Shown: positions 35,371-46,431 of the stretch, piece by piece
Numbering within the stretch: the stretch's first letter is position 1
Layout of the letters: the number at the start of each line of letters is the position of its first letter
From: Squalus acanthias
Lineage: Eukaryota
DNA: 64,000 bases
NCBI GenBank assembly: GCA_030390025.1
Contig: CM059432.1
Span: forward strand, 53,322,001-53,386,000
Direction of reading: 5' to 3'
Notes under the pieces: model-generated
What the model saw: only the letters and a program-made list of their open reading frames with translations
The model's database searches: none
Told to the model about the DNA's origin: nothing
Program-made: the position numbers and the translations under genes

Positions 35371-38300
35371 TAGAATCATAGAATCATGGAATCATAGAAT
35401 GGTTACAGCACAGAAGGAGGTCATTCAGCCCGTCGAGCCCGTGCCAGCTCTCTGCAAGAGCACTTCAGCTAGTCCCACTCCCCTGCCCTTTCCCCGTAGC
35501 CCTGAAATTTTTTTTCCTTCAGGTACTTATCCAATTCCCTTTTGAAAGTCACAATTGAATCTGCCTCCACCACCCTTTCAGGCAGTGAATTCCAGATCTT
35601 AACCACTCGCTGCGTAAAAAAGTTTTTCCTCATGTCATCTTTGGTTCTTCTGCCAATCACCTTAAATCTGTGTCCTCTGGTTCTCAACCCTTCTGCCATT
35701 GGGAACAGTTTCTCTCTATCTACTCTGTAAGACCCCTCATGATTTTTTGAACACCTCTATCAAATCTCCCCTCAACCTTCTCTGCTCTAAGGAGAACAAC
35801 CCCAGTGTCTCCAGTCTACCCACATAACTGAAGTCCCTCATCTCTGGAACCAGTCTCGTAAATCTTTTCTGCACCCTCTCTAAGGCCTTCACATCCTTCC
35901 TAAAGTGCGGTGCCCAGAATTGGACACAATACTCCAGTTGAGGCCGAACCAGTGTTTTATAAAGGTTCATCATAACTACCTTCCTTTTGTACTCTATGCC
36001 TCTATTTATGAAGCCCAGGATCCCATATGCTTTTTTAACCACTTTCTCAACCTGCCCTGCCACCTTCAACGATTTGTGCACATATACCCCTGGTCTCTCT
36101 GTTCATGCACCCCCTTTAGGATTGTATGCTACAGTTTATATTGCCTCGCCTCGTTCTTCCTACCAAAATGTATCGCTTCACATTTTCTGCGTTAAATTTC
36201 ATCTGCCACGTGTCTGTCCATTTCACCAGCCTGTCTATGTCTTCTTGAAGTCTATCACTATCCTCCTCACTGTTCACTATACTTCCAAGTTTTGTGTCAC
36301 CTGCAAATTTTGAAATTGTGCCCTGTCCATCCACGTCCAAGTCATTAATATAGATCAAGAAAAGCAGTGGTCCTTGTACCGAACCCTTGGGAAACTTCCT
36401 CCAGTCTGAAAAACAACCATTCACCACTACTCTCTGTAACATTTGTAATTTGATAGAGGCCGATAAATCCCCAGGGCCTGATAATCTACATCCTAGGGTA
36501 CTTAAGGAAGTGGCCCTAGAAATAGTAGATGCATTGCTGGTCATCTTCCAAAATTCTATAGACTCTGGAACAGTTCCCATGGATTGGAGGGTAGCTAATG
36601 TAACCCCACTATTTAAAAAAGGTGGTCGAGAGAATACGGGGAATTATAGACCGGTAAGCCTGACATCGGTAGTGGGGAAAATGCTAGAGTCCATTATAAA
36701 AGATGTAATAGCAGAGCACTTGGAAAACAGTGACAGGATCGGACAAAGTCAACATGGATTTACGAAAGGTAAATCATGCTTGACTAATCTACTGGAATTT
36801 TTTGAGGATGTAACTGGTAGAATAGATAAGGGAGAACCAGTGGATGTGGTTTGGACTTTCAGAAGGCTTTCGATAAGGTCCCGCATAAGAGATTAGCGTG
36901 CAAAGTTAAAGCACATGGGATTTGGGGTAAGGTACTGACTTGGATAGAAAACTGGTTGGCAGACAGGAAGCAAAGAGTTGGAATAAACGGGTCTTTTTCC
37001 GAGTGGCAGGCAGTGACTAGTGGGGTACCGCAGGGATCGGTGCTAGGACCCCAGTTATTCACAATATATATTAATGATCTAGACGAGGGAACTAGATGTA
37101 ATATCTCCAAGTTTGCGGACGACACAAAGCTGGGTGGGCGTGTGTGCTGTGAGGAGGATGCCGAGAAACTCCAATATGATTTGGACAGGTTGGGTGATTG
37201 GGCAGATGCATGGCAGATGCAGTATAATGTGGATAAATGTGAGGTTATCCACTTTGGTGGCAAAAACAGGAAGGCAAATTATTATCTGAATGGCAATAGA
37301 TTGGGAAAAGGGGAAGTGCAACGAGACCTGGGTGTCCTTGTGCACCAGTCGCTGAAGGTAAGCATGCAGGTGCAGCAGGCGGTTAAGAAGGCAAATGGTA
37401 TTTTGGCCTTCATAGCGAGAGAATTCGAGTACAGGAGCAAGGATGTCTTGCTGCAGTTGTACAGGGCCTTGGTGAGACCACACCTTCAGTATTGTGTGCA
37501 GTTTTGGTCATCTTATCTGAGGAAGGATGTTCTTGCCATGGAGGGAGTGCAGCGAAGATTCACCAGACTGATACCTGGGATGGCAGGAATGACGTATGAA
37601 GAGAGATTGGGTCGATTAGGCTTATATTCGCTAGAGTTTAGAAGAATGAGAGGGGATCTCATTGAAACTTATAAAATTCTAACAGGACTAGCCAGACTAG
37701 ATGCAGGAAGGATGTTCCCGATGGCGGGGGAGTCCAGAACCAGGAGTTAGTCTAAGGATAAGGGGTAAGCCATTTAGGACTGAGATGAGGAGGAATTTCT
37801 TCACCCAGAGAGTGGTGAACCTGTGGAATTCTCTACCACTCAAGGCAGTTGAGGCCAATTCATTAAATATATTCAAGAAGGAGTTAGATATATTTCTTAA
37901 GGTTAAGGGGATCAAGGGATATGGGGAGAAAGCAGGGACAGGGTACTGAATTTGAATGATCAGCCATGATCGCATTGAATGGCGGAGCAGGCTCGAGGGG
38001 CCGAATGGCCTACTCCTGCTCCTATCTTCTATGTTTCTATGTTTAATTTTCCAGTCCTCTGGCACCACGCCTCTATCCAAGGAGGATTGGAAAATTATGG
38101 CCAGTACCTCCGCGATTTCCACCTTAACTTCCCTCAGCATCCTAGGATGTATCCCCCATCCGGTTCTGGTGATTTATCTACTTTAAGTACAGACAGCCTT
38201 TCAAGTACCTCCTCTTTATCAATTTTTATCCCATCCAGTATCTTCACTACCTCCTCTTTCACTATGAGTTTGGCAGCATCTTCTTCCTTGGTGAAGACAG

Positions 38301-38405
38301 ATGCAAAGTACTCATTTAGTACCTCAGCCATGCCCTCTGCCTTCATAAGAAGATCTCCTTTTTGGTCCCTAATCAGCCCCACCCCTCCTTTTACTACCCA
38401 TTTAG
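35371..38405 (-). mobile_element. CR1 LINE in two parts (35371-36436 and 38045-38405)
   Basis: RPQLEYCVQFWAPH, SKFAGDTKLG, LNEYFASVFTKE; tail repeats at 35371. Confidence 0.92.
36445..38044 (+). mobile_element. CR1 LINE (different subfamily) nested antisense in the previous CR1
   Basis: DKSPGPD, NYRPVSLTS, DFQKAFDKVPH, GVPQGSVLGP, KFADDTKL; CTATGTTT tail; at least two frameshifts. Confidence 0.95.
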
Positions 38406-38701
38406 CTACCCAGTAAAGCTACTGACCCCATTTTGAGGCTGTTAACGCCAGGGGAAGGCAGTGAAAATCTACCCCTAAGCTTCATTGGAGCTCTAAAATG
38501 TGATTATCACTTTGAAGTATATTTTAGAAAAAATGTAAATTTTAATCTTTTGAGGAGTAGAGTATTTCAAATTGGTAAAGATCTAGTAAGATTGAACTCG
38601 AAGATTTCTCAAAGAGACTGCTCATGGTTCTAATAACTATAAATATTTGTGTCTATAATAGAGTATTTGAGATTCAAATTGCCTGGCTGATCCTCAACAG
38701 C

Positions 38702-39882
38702 GGGTATGGTAGCATAGTGGTTATGTTACTGCAGTAGTAATCCAGAGTCCTGGACTAATTAATCCGTGAGACATGGGGGGTGATTTTGCCAATGGGGGCG
38801 CGTTGGAGGTGGGACTGCTGCTTGTCGGGTTTTAGTCCTGCCTCCATCGACTTGTGGCCAACCCACGCTATTTTCCCTTGATTGACCTTGAAAATTTTTG
38901 ACAGATGACTTGTCATCGTTTGACAGCTCTGTGAAGTTGTCAAACACTGACATTCTCTGTTGTTTGATGAGTCCTTGCATTCAAGACTCATCAAACCTCT
39001 TTTGTGAGCAGAAATCAGATGGCTGTTGCATTGGAGAATGCAGCAGCCATCTGTCATCTCTGCGGTGAGATGCGAGAATTTCCGCATCCCCAATTGTTGA
39101 AGCCTGCAGGAAGAAACAAAGGGAAGTAAACATTTTCTATCACTTTTCACTCACCTCACATACTTACCTCTCCACACTTGCACCCATCACTTACCGCCAC
39201 AGCACACTTTTGCACCTCTCTGACTCCCGCAGACCCACTGCTCGCCTCGGTGACCCTGGCGGGGTTTCCCGACGTCGGGAAGCCTGCACCTCTGCTGGAA
39301 AAATGGGGATCATCCTATTAACAGGCAGTTAAGCGGCTGTAATCCCCTTCCCGCCTCGGGGAGGCGGCTCCCAGCGTGGGTCGGCTACCCGCCTCCTGGG
39401 AAGATGGCACGGAGGCGGGTTGGGGGTGGGATGGGTACCCGTCCCCAGATTCTGCCATTTTCCCGGCAGTCCCGCCTCCAAACCCGCCTCCCCAGGGCTG
39501 GCAAAATCCAGCCTGTGAGTTCAAATCCCACCACAGTAGTTGTTCAATTAAATAAATCTGGAATAAAAAGCTAGTGGTGGTCAGTATGGATTGTTGTAAA
39601 AACCCAACTGGTCCACTAATGTCCTTTACGGAAGGAACCTTGCCATCCTTACCCAGTCTGCCCTATACGTGACTCCAGACCCACAGCAATGTGGTTGACT
39701 CTTAACTGCCCTCCGAAATGGTCACCTACAAGCCACTCTGTCCTATAAAAAAAACCTGCCATGATGGACTGCAGTGGTTCAAGAAGGTGGCTCACCACCA
39801 CCTTCTCATTGGCAATTAGGGATGGGCAGTAAATGCTGGCCCTGCCCACGACACCCACATCCCCATAATGAATAAAAATAAA
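38702..39882 (+). mobile_element. tRNA-derived SINE with a CR1-like LINE tail, split by a MITE
   Basis: A box TAGCATAGTGG at about 38710 and B box GAGTTCAAATCC at about 39517; tail matches 17125-17240. Confidence 0.85.
38776..39513. mobile_element. Harbinger-type MITE inserted between the SINE A and B boxes
   Basis: Ends GGGGTGATTTTGCCA / TGGCAAAATCCAGCC. Confidence 0.75.
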
Positions 39883-41379
39883 CTTGGAGACAGATCTGGG
39901 CTCTTAAACAAGCTGACATTGAAAACACTCACTTAAAATGTAGCCATCCACAGACACTAACTAGCCACAGACTAAACCAACTTTTATTCATGTTCCTTAA
40001 AACACCAAGTTCTAATCAGAACTACTCACTCTGGGTTCATGGACGGTCACTTATTCCATAGTTATATAGTTTGTCCACATGCTGATAAATATTCAGTTAA
40101 AACTCCACTATGGCTGGCCTTTAGATAAACAAATACATTTTCCCTCTATAAATTATGCAGTAACCAATATTATTTTCTGATGGAAAAACAGCAGTGATGA
40201 GATGATGCTAGGAATATAATCTTGTGCGAAGAAATTAAACTCTTCTGTGGTTTCACCAGTCCTTGCTCTCTCAAGATTTCATCTTAAACAGTTAGAAGCT
40301 TCGAGAAACACAAGGTCATAATATGGAGAGTATGCTCATTGAGAACAGGCTTGGCTAAACTGATGTCAGTCTGAACATTTCTGAATATCTAGAATCTTAC
40401 AATGGGAATTAAATCAGATATATTTTGTCAAACTCATTAAAAATACTGTGCTGGGAAATCATGCATATGTAGCTGAATTAATGTCTTAAAATCCTGAAGT
40501 AGTAAAATCAATTTGAATTCTTAATTCATTGACCTTTTTGAAATCTACCAGACATAACATTAAGCTACACATCCACAGGTTCAAGTGTATAAACAGCACT
40601 TTTCTAAACTCAGAATTCAAGATTAACACAGAAATATTTCATAATAGAACTTTTGTTGGCTCACAGGATTAGACACAAGTAAAGCTGTAACTGGAGAGGT
40701 AGTATTTGAAGTTTTGTTGGACTCGGATATGCTGCTCTCTGTTTACAGGGAGCTGTGCAAATGTCTATGGAAAGAAAAAAATCAATATGGATTTTTCTGG
40801 ACAAAATCAGTGGTAGGTAAAGATCACTGAACAAAAAGAAAATCAAAGGCTTGCAGTGACTTTCAGCATCTTTGAATGTCTCAGCATTTGTATGCCCTGC
40901 TGTTGTCTAATCATGCCCACACGGTTGCTGTTCCAATGACTTTTACCTGAAAGCTTCCTAGAAGCAAAGCCATGAACTTGCTGTGAAAGACATTTCTAAA
41001 TTTGCAGCTGAAGAGAAGTAAATAAATTTGATGCAGTATTCACATCCCTAATGATTTTGACAACAGGTCTGAAAACTTAGGGACATATTTTTTCTTGTTT
41101 GTTGATTGTTAGGAAAAAGTAGAACATAGAACAGCAGTGTAAAACTGGTAGAAGTAAGCATGGACTATTGGTTTGTTTGCACTGATAATCAGAGCAGTGC
41201 TTCCCCGATAAGATGGGTTGATGGAAATTAGCAGACAAACCCAGCTCATAAGGCCGTGTTAAAAACAATCTCAGAACCTCGTGCAGAATTACCCAAATTA
41301 ATACAAAATGGTGTAAGATTGTAGTCAGATTAGACAATGAGAATGGTTTGAAATTATTATTCATCATAGTCATGTCATG

Positions 41380-42530
41380 TTATGAATATTGTGAATGTGG
41401 TGAGTTGTATGACTGCGATGGGTATTGTGAATGCGATGAATAACTAGGTTGCGATAAATAGTGTAAGTGTGATAAGTAGTGTGAATGCGACGAAAGGTTT
41501 CAATGTGATGAGTGCTATGATTGTGATCAGTGGTGTGAAGGTGATGAATGGTGTGAATCTGATGAGTAGGCTAAATATGATGAGTAGTGTGAATGAGATG
41601 AGCAGTTTGAATATGATTAGTATGAATGTCATGAGTAATGTGAATGTGATGAGTCCTGTCAATGGGTTGAGTAGTGTGAATATGATGAATCGTTTGAATA
41701 TGATTAGTATGAATTTGCTCAGTAATGTGAATGTGATGAATGGTGTGAATTTGATGAGTGGTTTCAATGTGGTTTATGTGAATGTAACGAGTAGTGTGAA
41801 TGTGATGAAAGGTTTCAATGTGATTAGTTCTGTGATTGTGATGCGTAGTGTGAATGTTATGAATATAGGTAAATATGATGTGTAGTATAAATGTTATGAG
41901 TAGTTTGAATATCATCATCAATTTGATAATTACTGTGACTGCGATGAATAATGTTACTGTGATGAGTAGTATGAATGAGCTGAATTCTTTGAATGTATTA
42001 AGTCATTTGAATGTAATTAGTATCAATTTGATGCAGTATGAGTGTGAGGAGCAGTGTGAGTGTGAGGAGCAATGTTCCCGTTAACCTGCGCGGCCGCTTG
42101 CTGGCTTTATAATCGAAAAACCACCCTTGCGCGGAAATTTGAATGGATGGCGCAACCTATTAAAAGGGCTTCACAACCTCCAAAAAATTAGAGGGAATAT
42201 TGGTGACGAGCAGTGTGAATGTGACGGGCAGTGTGACTGTGACGAGCAAGGTAATTGTAATGACTAGTGTGAATATGATGAATAGTTTGAATATGATTAG
42301 TATGAATTTCATGAACAATGTGAATATGATGAATTCTGTGAACGTGATAAGTCATCTGAATGTGAATAGCAGTGTGAAAGTGATTAGTAGTGTGACTGCA
42401 ATGCGTAATCTGAATGTGATGTGTAGTTTGAATGTAATAAATGGGATGAACGTGATGAGTGATGTGAATGTATTGAGTGGTGTGGATGTGATTACTTTTG
42501 TTAATGTGATTGGTGATGGGTATGAATGCA
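41380..42530. repeat. Degenerate 18-bp minisatellite (GTGAATGTGATGAGTAGT)
   Basis: Periodicity is visible directly; a short related patch lies at about 53195-53245. Confidence 0.9.
42070..42202. mobile_element. 133-bp hAT-type MITE
   Basis: TIRs CAATGTTCCC / GGGAATATTG with 8-bp TSD GTGAGGAG / GTGACGAG. Confidence 0.85.
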
Positions 42531-44269
42531 TCATAAGTAATTCAATAATTCATTAATCCATCTTGCTGATCAAATTTAAATATCTGTAACTCCGAATTAT
42601 GTTGAACTGTCACAGAGCAAAAGTTCTGAAGTTTAATTTTCTTGAAGTGAAAATGGTGCAAAATGTAAACTCAACTTTTCATCTCAAATAATCCAATATT
42701 TTAAAGCTGAATTCCACTGATGTGGCAGAGATGTTAAAGGTTTTTTTTAGCAGCACCTTTACCAAGACAGTGAAATATCGAAGGACAGAGAAGTTGGCAA
42801 GTTATTTTAGATCAAATGCGAACTGTAAAGTAGCAAAGAATGAAGTAGACATGTAACAGAAGACCTCTTCACAAATGTTGTTACTTTGTCCCCCATGCAC
42901 TCGTGTATTTTGACCATTCAGTATTTGGCCTGATAGTGTTAGTGAAAATGTATTGACACATAGCTTACGGTTGTTTTATTGCTGATGTGTAATTAAATAT
43001 AGCTGAACACACTCTTGACAAGTAGCTAGCTAATGCTGACAGTAATTCAATTCTATTCTGTATAACTTGGGGCTATATGCATAAACAGATTTGAGATTGT
43101 ACGTAGAGAGAACTGTATTACTTACATATTCATTTTACATAATAATACAGTCATGGATCTTTCTCTGGACCATATTGAAGAAAGTTATTAATTGTATTAG
43201 TATTCCAGATGGTACAAGGAGTAACTGAAAAGTCTGTAGGCATATTTCTTTTAGGATCCAGTTGTAGCAGGACAGTAGTGTAATAAATGTGCTAACAATT
43301 TAGGGAGATATGAAGAAGCATGTCACAGCACTTTAATAAGTAATTAACAACTCATGGTTGGATTTTGAATTACTGAATTATATAGATGATTTTACTGATA
43401 ACACTGGGGTAAACTTGTACAGTTACCACAATCAAGTATAAAAGCCCTGCGGCCTGGGGCAAAATCCTGACGGTAATCATCCTGGAGTGCAACCGAGGGG
43501 GTGGAAAATTGGATGGGACGTAGAATATGCCATGTCTCCGCCCAGAAGAACATTTGAGGCAAGTTTCTGATGGGACTTGGGGCTGGAGGAAGTTTTGTCC
43601 GCCCCATACAAAGCCGCTGATGTCATAAAGAGCCAACGCTGGTGGGACAGCTTGTGGCCCCCGCCTACTGTCTGCCCAGGTTCTTGGACACTGGGGAGAA
43701 ATTGGTGTCCAGATAATTATAGAGGCAGAAGTGGAGCTCACTGGAGTGTCCTGGATGGGATCATGGCCTGGAAGACCCTGGAATTATTTCCAATTTTTTT
43801 TTGCTTGTTCGTTTTACAATATAAGGGTGGGGAATTACGTGCAGAACTGTACCTTTCGGAGTAGCCTTTCACCAGTTCCATGTAGTCATCTAATGCCACA
43901 ATTTCCATCCCTTTCTCCTCTAATGGGCATCCAAGATTTGCCCATACTGACATGAGCATCCATCAGAAATATTTAAAGAAGATAACCCTGTTCTGATCCT
44001 GGATACTTTGGCAGGGTCAGGAGCAGAGGTCAACGATGCAGCATGATTCCTGCTCCTTCAGACTTATCCCCCGCAGCAGGCACCGAGGATTATTGAGGTA
44101 AAAGTATTTCTCTTGCTGATATCAAAAATGATAGTAGTGGTATTTTTTAATAAGGACGTCTTAAAAAAACTGACTATCTTCATTAATACAGATATTAACC
44201 ACATGTCCACTCAATGCACTATGATTGATGCATAATATGTGTGACAAGTAGTGGGAGTGTGATGAATAT

Positions 44270-44711
44270 AGGACTGCTTCGATCCAACTCCCTTGCGGAG
44301 AGTTGCAATCTTAACCTGCTCTTTTGAGCAGGCAGCGGACCCTTTGTTAAATATGCAGATCTGGCTCTACTGATGTCATCGGGGCTTGACTGCAATCTTA
44401 ACTGGAGGCCTGCATGGGGAAGCCATTGTGGTTTATCCGTCAGGCCAACCTGGTGGCAAGACAAGCCAGGGACAGAGAGGCCCAGAAATGTAGGTTAATT
44501 TTATTTTTTTGTTGTTTCCTTGTGGGCCACGAGTGCTTCTCCGGGCCCCGTGAGGAAACCTTGTGCTTCCCCGGCCGCAGCCTTCTGTCTCCATCTCCGC
44601 CTCCCCCTCCCCCAACCGTGATGCCCTCCCGACCACCTCTCAACCACTTAACTGAGTTCCGGGGACCATTCCTCCACCTGCACAAGCTCCGCCGGGAGTT
44701 TAAATTGGCCC
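44270..44711. mobile_element. Family B Harbinger-like element (inverted relative to 4750-5455)
   Basis: TTAACCTGCTCTTTTGAGCA and TTAAATATGCAGATC are reverse complements of motifs at 5279-5353. Confidence 0.7.
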
Positions 44712-44749
44712 TAGTGTGTTTGTTTCTGGGTCTTTTCTAACTTTCTTAC

Positions 44750-44861
44750 TTTAGATTATTTTGGTTCTTGTATCTTGGGGTAATCTCATGGGTGAATCTC
44801 CCCATTCCTTTGAAGGTATTTATCCTTGCCTTGAGATAAAGGAACGCTTTTGCTAATGCAC
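44750..44861 (-). CDS. Candidate host-gene exon B (phase 1 to 2)
   Basis: TTTTCTGTTTTGTTATGCTAG acceptor and AA|GTAAGA donor; the only open frame reads ALAKAFLYLKARINTFKGMGRFTHEITPRYKNQNNL. Confidence 0.4.
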
Positions 44862-45189
44862 CTAGCATAACAAAACAGAAAATCTGTCTGGTAATTATTT
44901 TTAAGCTTCAGGAATTTATCCCACACCTCTATTGGGTCTCTCCAGTCTTTGCAAGTGGTGGAAAACCACGTTAGAACGCACGTTAAATTAAAAATATTAA
45001 GCAAATTTACTAAACACACAATGAACAAATCAATAATCTAACATAAATTTTATTAGAAGGTCTATTATCAAATGTTTCTCGTGGAAATCAATAAAAGAGT
45101 CAGAATCTAATAATAAACTATCCTTTTATAGATAACTTTTCTATATACAGTATATAGTCCTTTTCTTTCTTGCAATCTATTGTGGCTAA

Positions 45190-45294
45190 GATGCGGAGAT
45201 GCCGGTGTTGGACTGGGGTGGACAAAAATGAGAAGTTGCACAACACCAGGTTATAGTCCAACAGTTTTATTTGAAATTACGAGCTTTCGGAGAA
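45190..45294 (-). mobile_element. Penelope 3'-end fragment truncated inside the hammerhead
   Basis: Near-identical to 9480-9582; possible TSD GCTAA. Confidence 0.9.
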
Positions 45295-45649
45295 GCTAAC
45301 TAGTCTACCTTATCTTTTCCTGTAAAGTTTCCAATTAGTTCAACTATCTTCTATTCACTTCCTCAATGTACAGATCCAGCAACTTAAATATTATTTCACC
45401 AGTTGACACTTGGATTCAAAAATAATTGTCATACTTTGAACAAAGTACGATGTCTGTGTTTATTAAAAAGTAGTTTGATTCCTTCCCTCAAACCTAAAGT
45501 TCATAAAACCAGTATGAACTGATATTGTAACATATGTTTTAAATTCAGCTGGGACATGGGTTTGTTTGTAAACTCCAGTTGGCTTTCAACTAATTATATA
45601 TTTGAATGGATTTAGAAGGACAGCCAAACCAAGACATACAAAACACTGG

Positions 45650-46428
45650 GGGCTAGAAATTCAGTATGTTAGTGCCTCCCATTAGCACCTGGCTGGGGCG
45701 CTAACGGGGTGCTAAGGGGTTACCGCCTGGGTGTGGCGAATGCAACGACGTCCGCGAACTTCAGTGCCGGTTTAGCGCTGGCGCTAACTCTTACTGCCTG
45801 GGCCTCTAGCATCTCACAGATCGTGATGTCATAAAGTGCACATCGCCCTGTTATCGCCCTGGATGGAAAATTCATTCGCGCCCCCTGCTTTATCGCCTCA
45901 CGCCGACAACGCCAGCAAGAGGAGGCGTTGTGAATTCGGCTAGCCGCTTCAGGAGCGGTAATTAAAGGGAATGCTTTTCAGCTAGCGCAGCCTTTATTAT
46001 TTGCACCAGTCTGGTGCCTGCGCAAAGTTTTTAATGTTTCATTGGTGCAAGATATCCAAGCCCTCCACTTTGTAAGTGTGTTTGGGCTGTAATGGCAGTC
46101 GCCCAGGTCGCCTTGCAAAACAGAACTGACGACAACTAGCTTGTGCAGCATCATTGGCCCTTCCCTTTAAGCGAGGGAAGCAGCCTCTGTGATGAAAGAG
46201 CGCCGTTCACAATGCGCTCAAAATTGTTCAACGCTCTGCTGCTATCGCCCCGCTCTCAGACTTTAGCACCCTAAGAGAAGTGGTTAGTGCTTGATTTAGC
46301 GCTCCACTCCCCTCTTGGAGCGCCAAAACTGAATTTCGCAGGAGGTGAGATTGATTAGTGCCTGGCGCTAATTTTTCAACTTTCAAAGTTTTAGCGCCCC
46401 AAATGGGGCTGTATCGAATTTCTCCCCC
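45650..46428. mobile_element. Harbinger-type MITE family C
   Basis: Ends GGGCTAGAAATTC / GAATTTCTCCCCC; repeated TTAGCGCC motifs; inverted homologue at 54574-55316. Confidence 0.75.
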
Positions 46429-46431
46429 TAC

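Larger units (their letters stand above)
34915..38475. mobile_element. Harbinger-like non-autonomous element split by CR1 insertions (parts 34915-35370 and about 38410-38475)
   Basis: Degenerate ends GGGAACTATTTTGAC / GTGAAAATCTACCCC with TTA/TAA flanks. Confidence 0.45.

Noticed and set aside
40665..40764. Additional minus-strand exon with good splice sites
   Set aside because: It is open only in phase 1 to 2, which is incompatible with following exon B unless it is an alternative exon; unsupported.
41444..42556. Asn/Val/Met-rich and His/Ile-rich ORFs, or a CRISPR-like array
   Set aside because: These are by-products of an 18-bp tandem repeat; there are no unique spacers or cas genes, and the context is eukaryotic.
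43440..44110. Possible further non-autonomous DNA element
   Set aside because: GC-richer block, but I could not pair TIRs or find a TSD.
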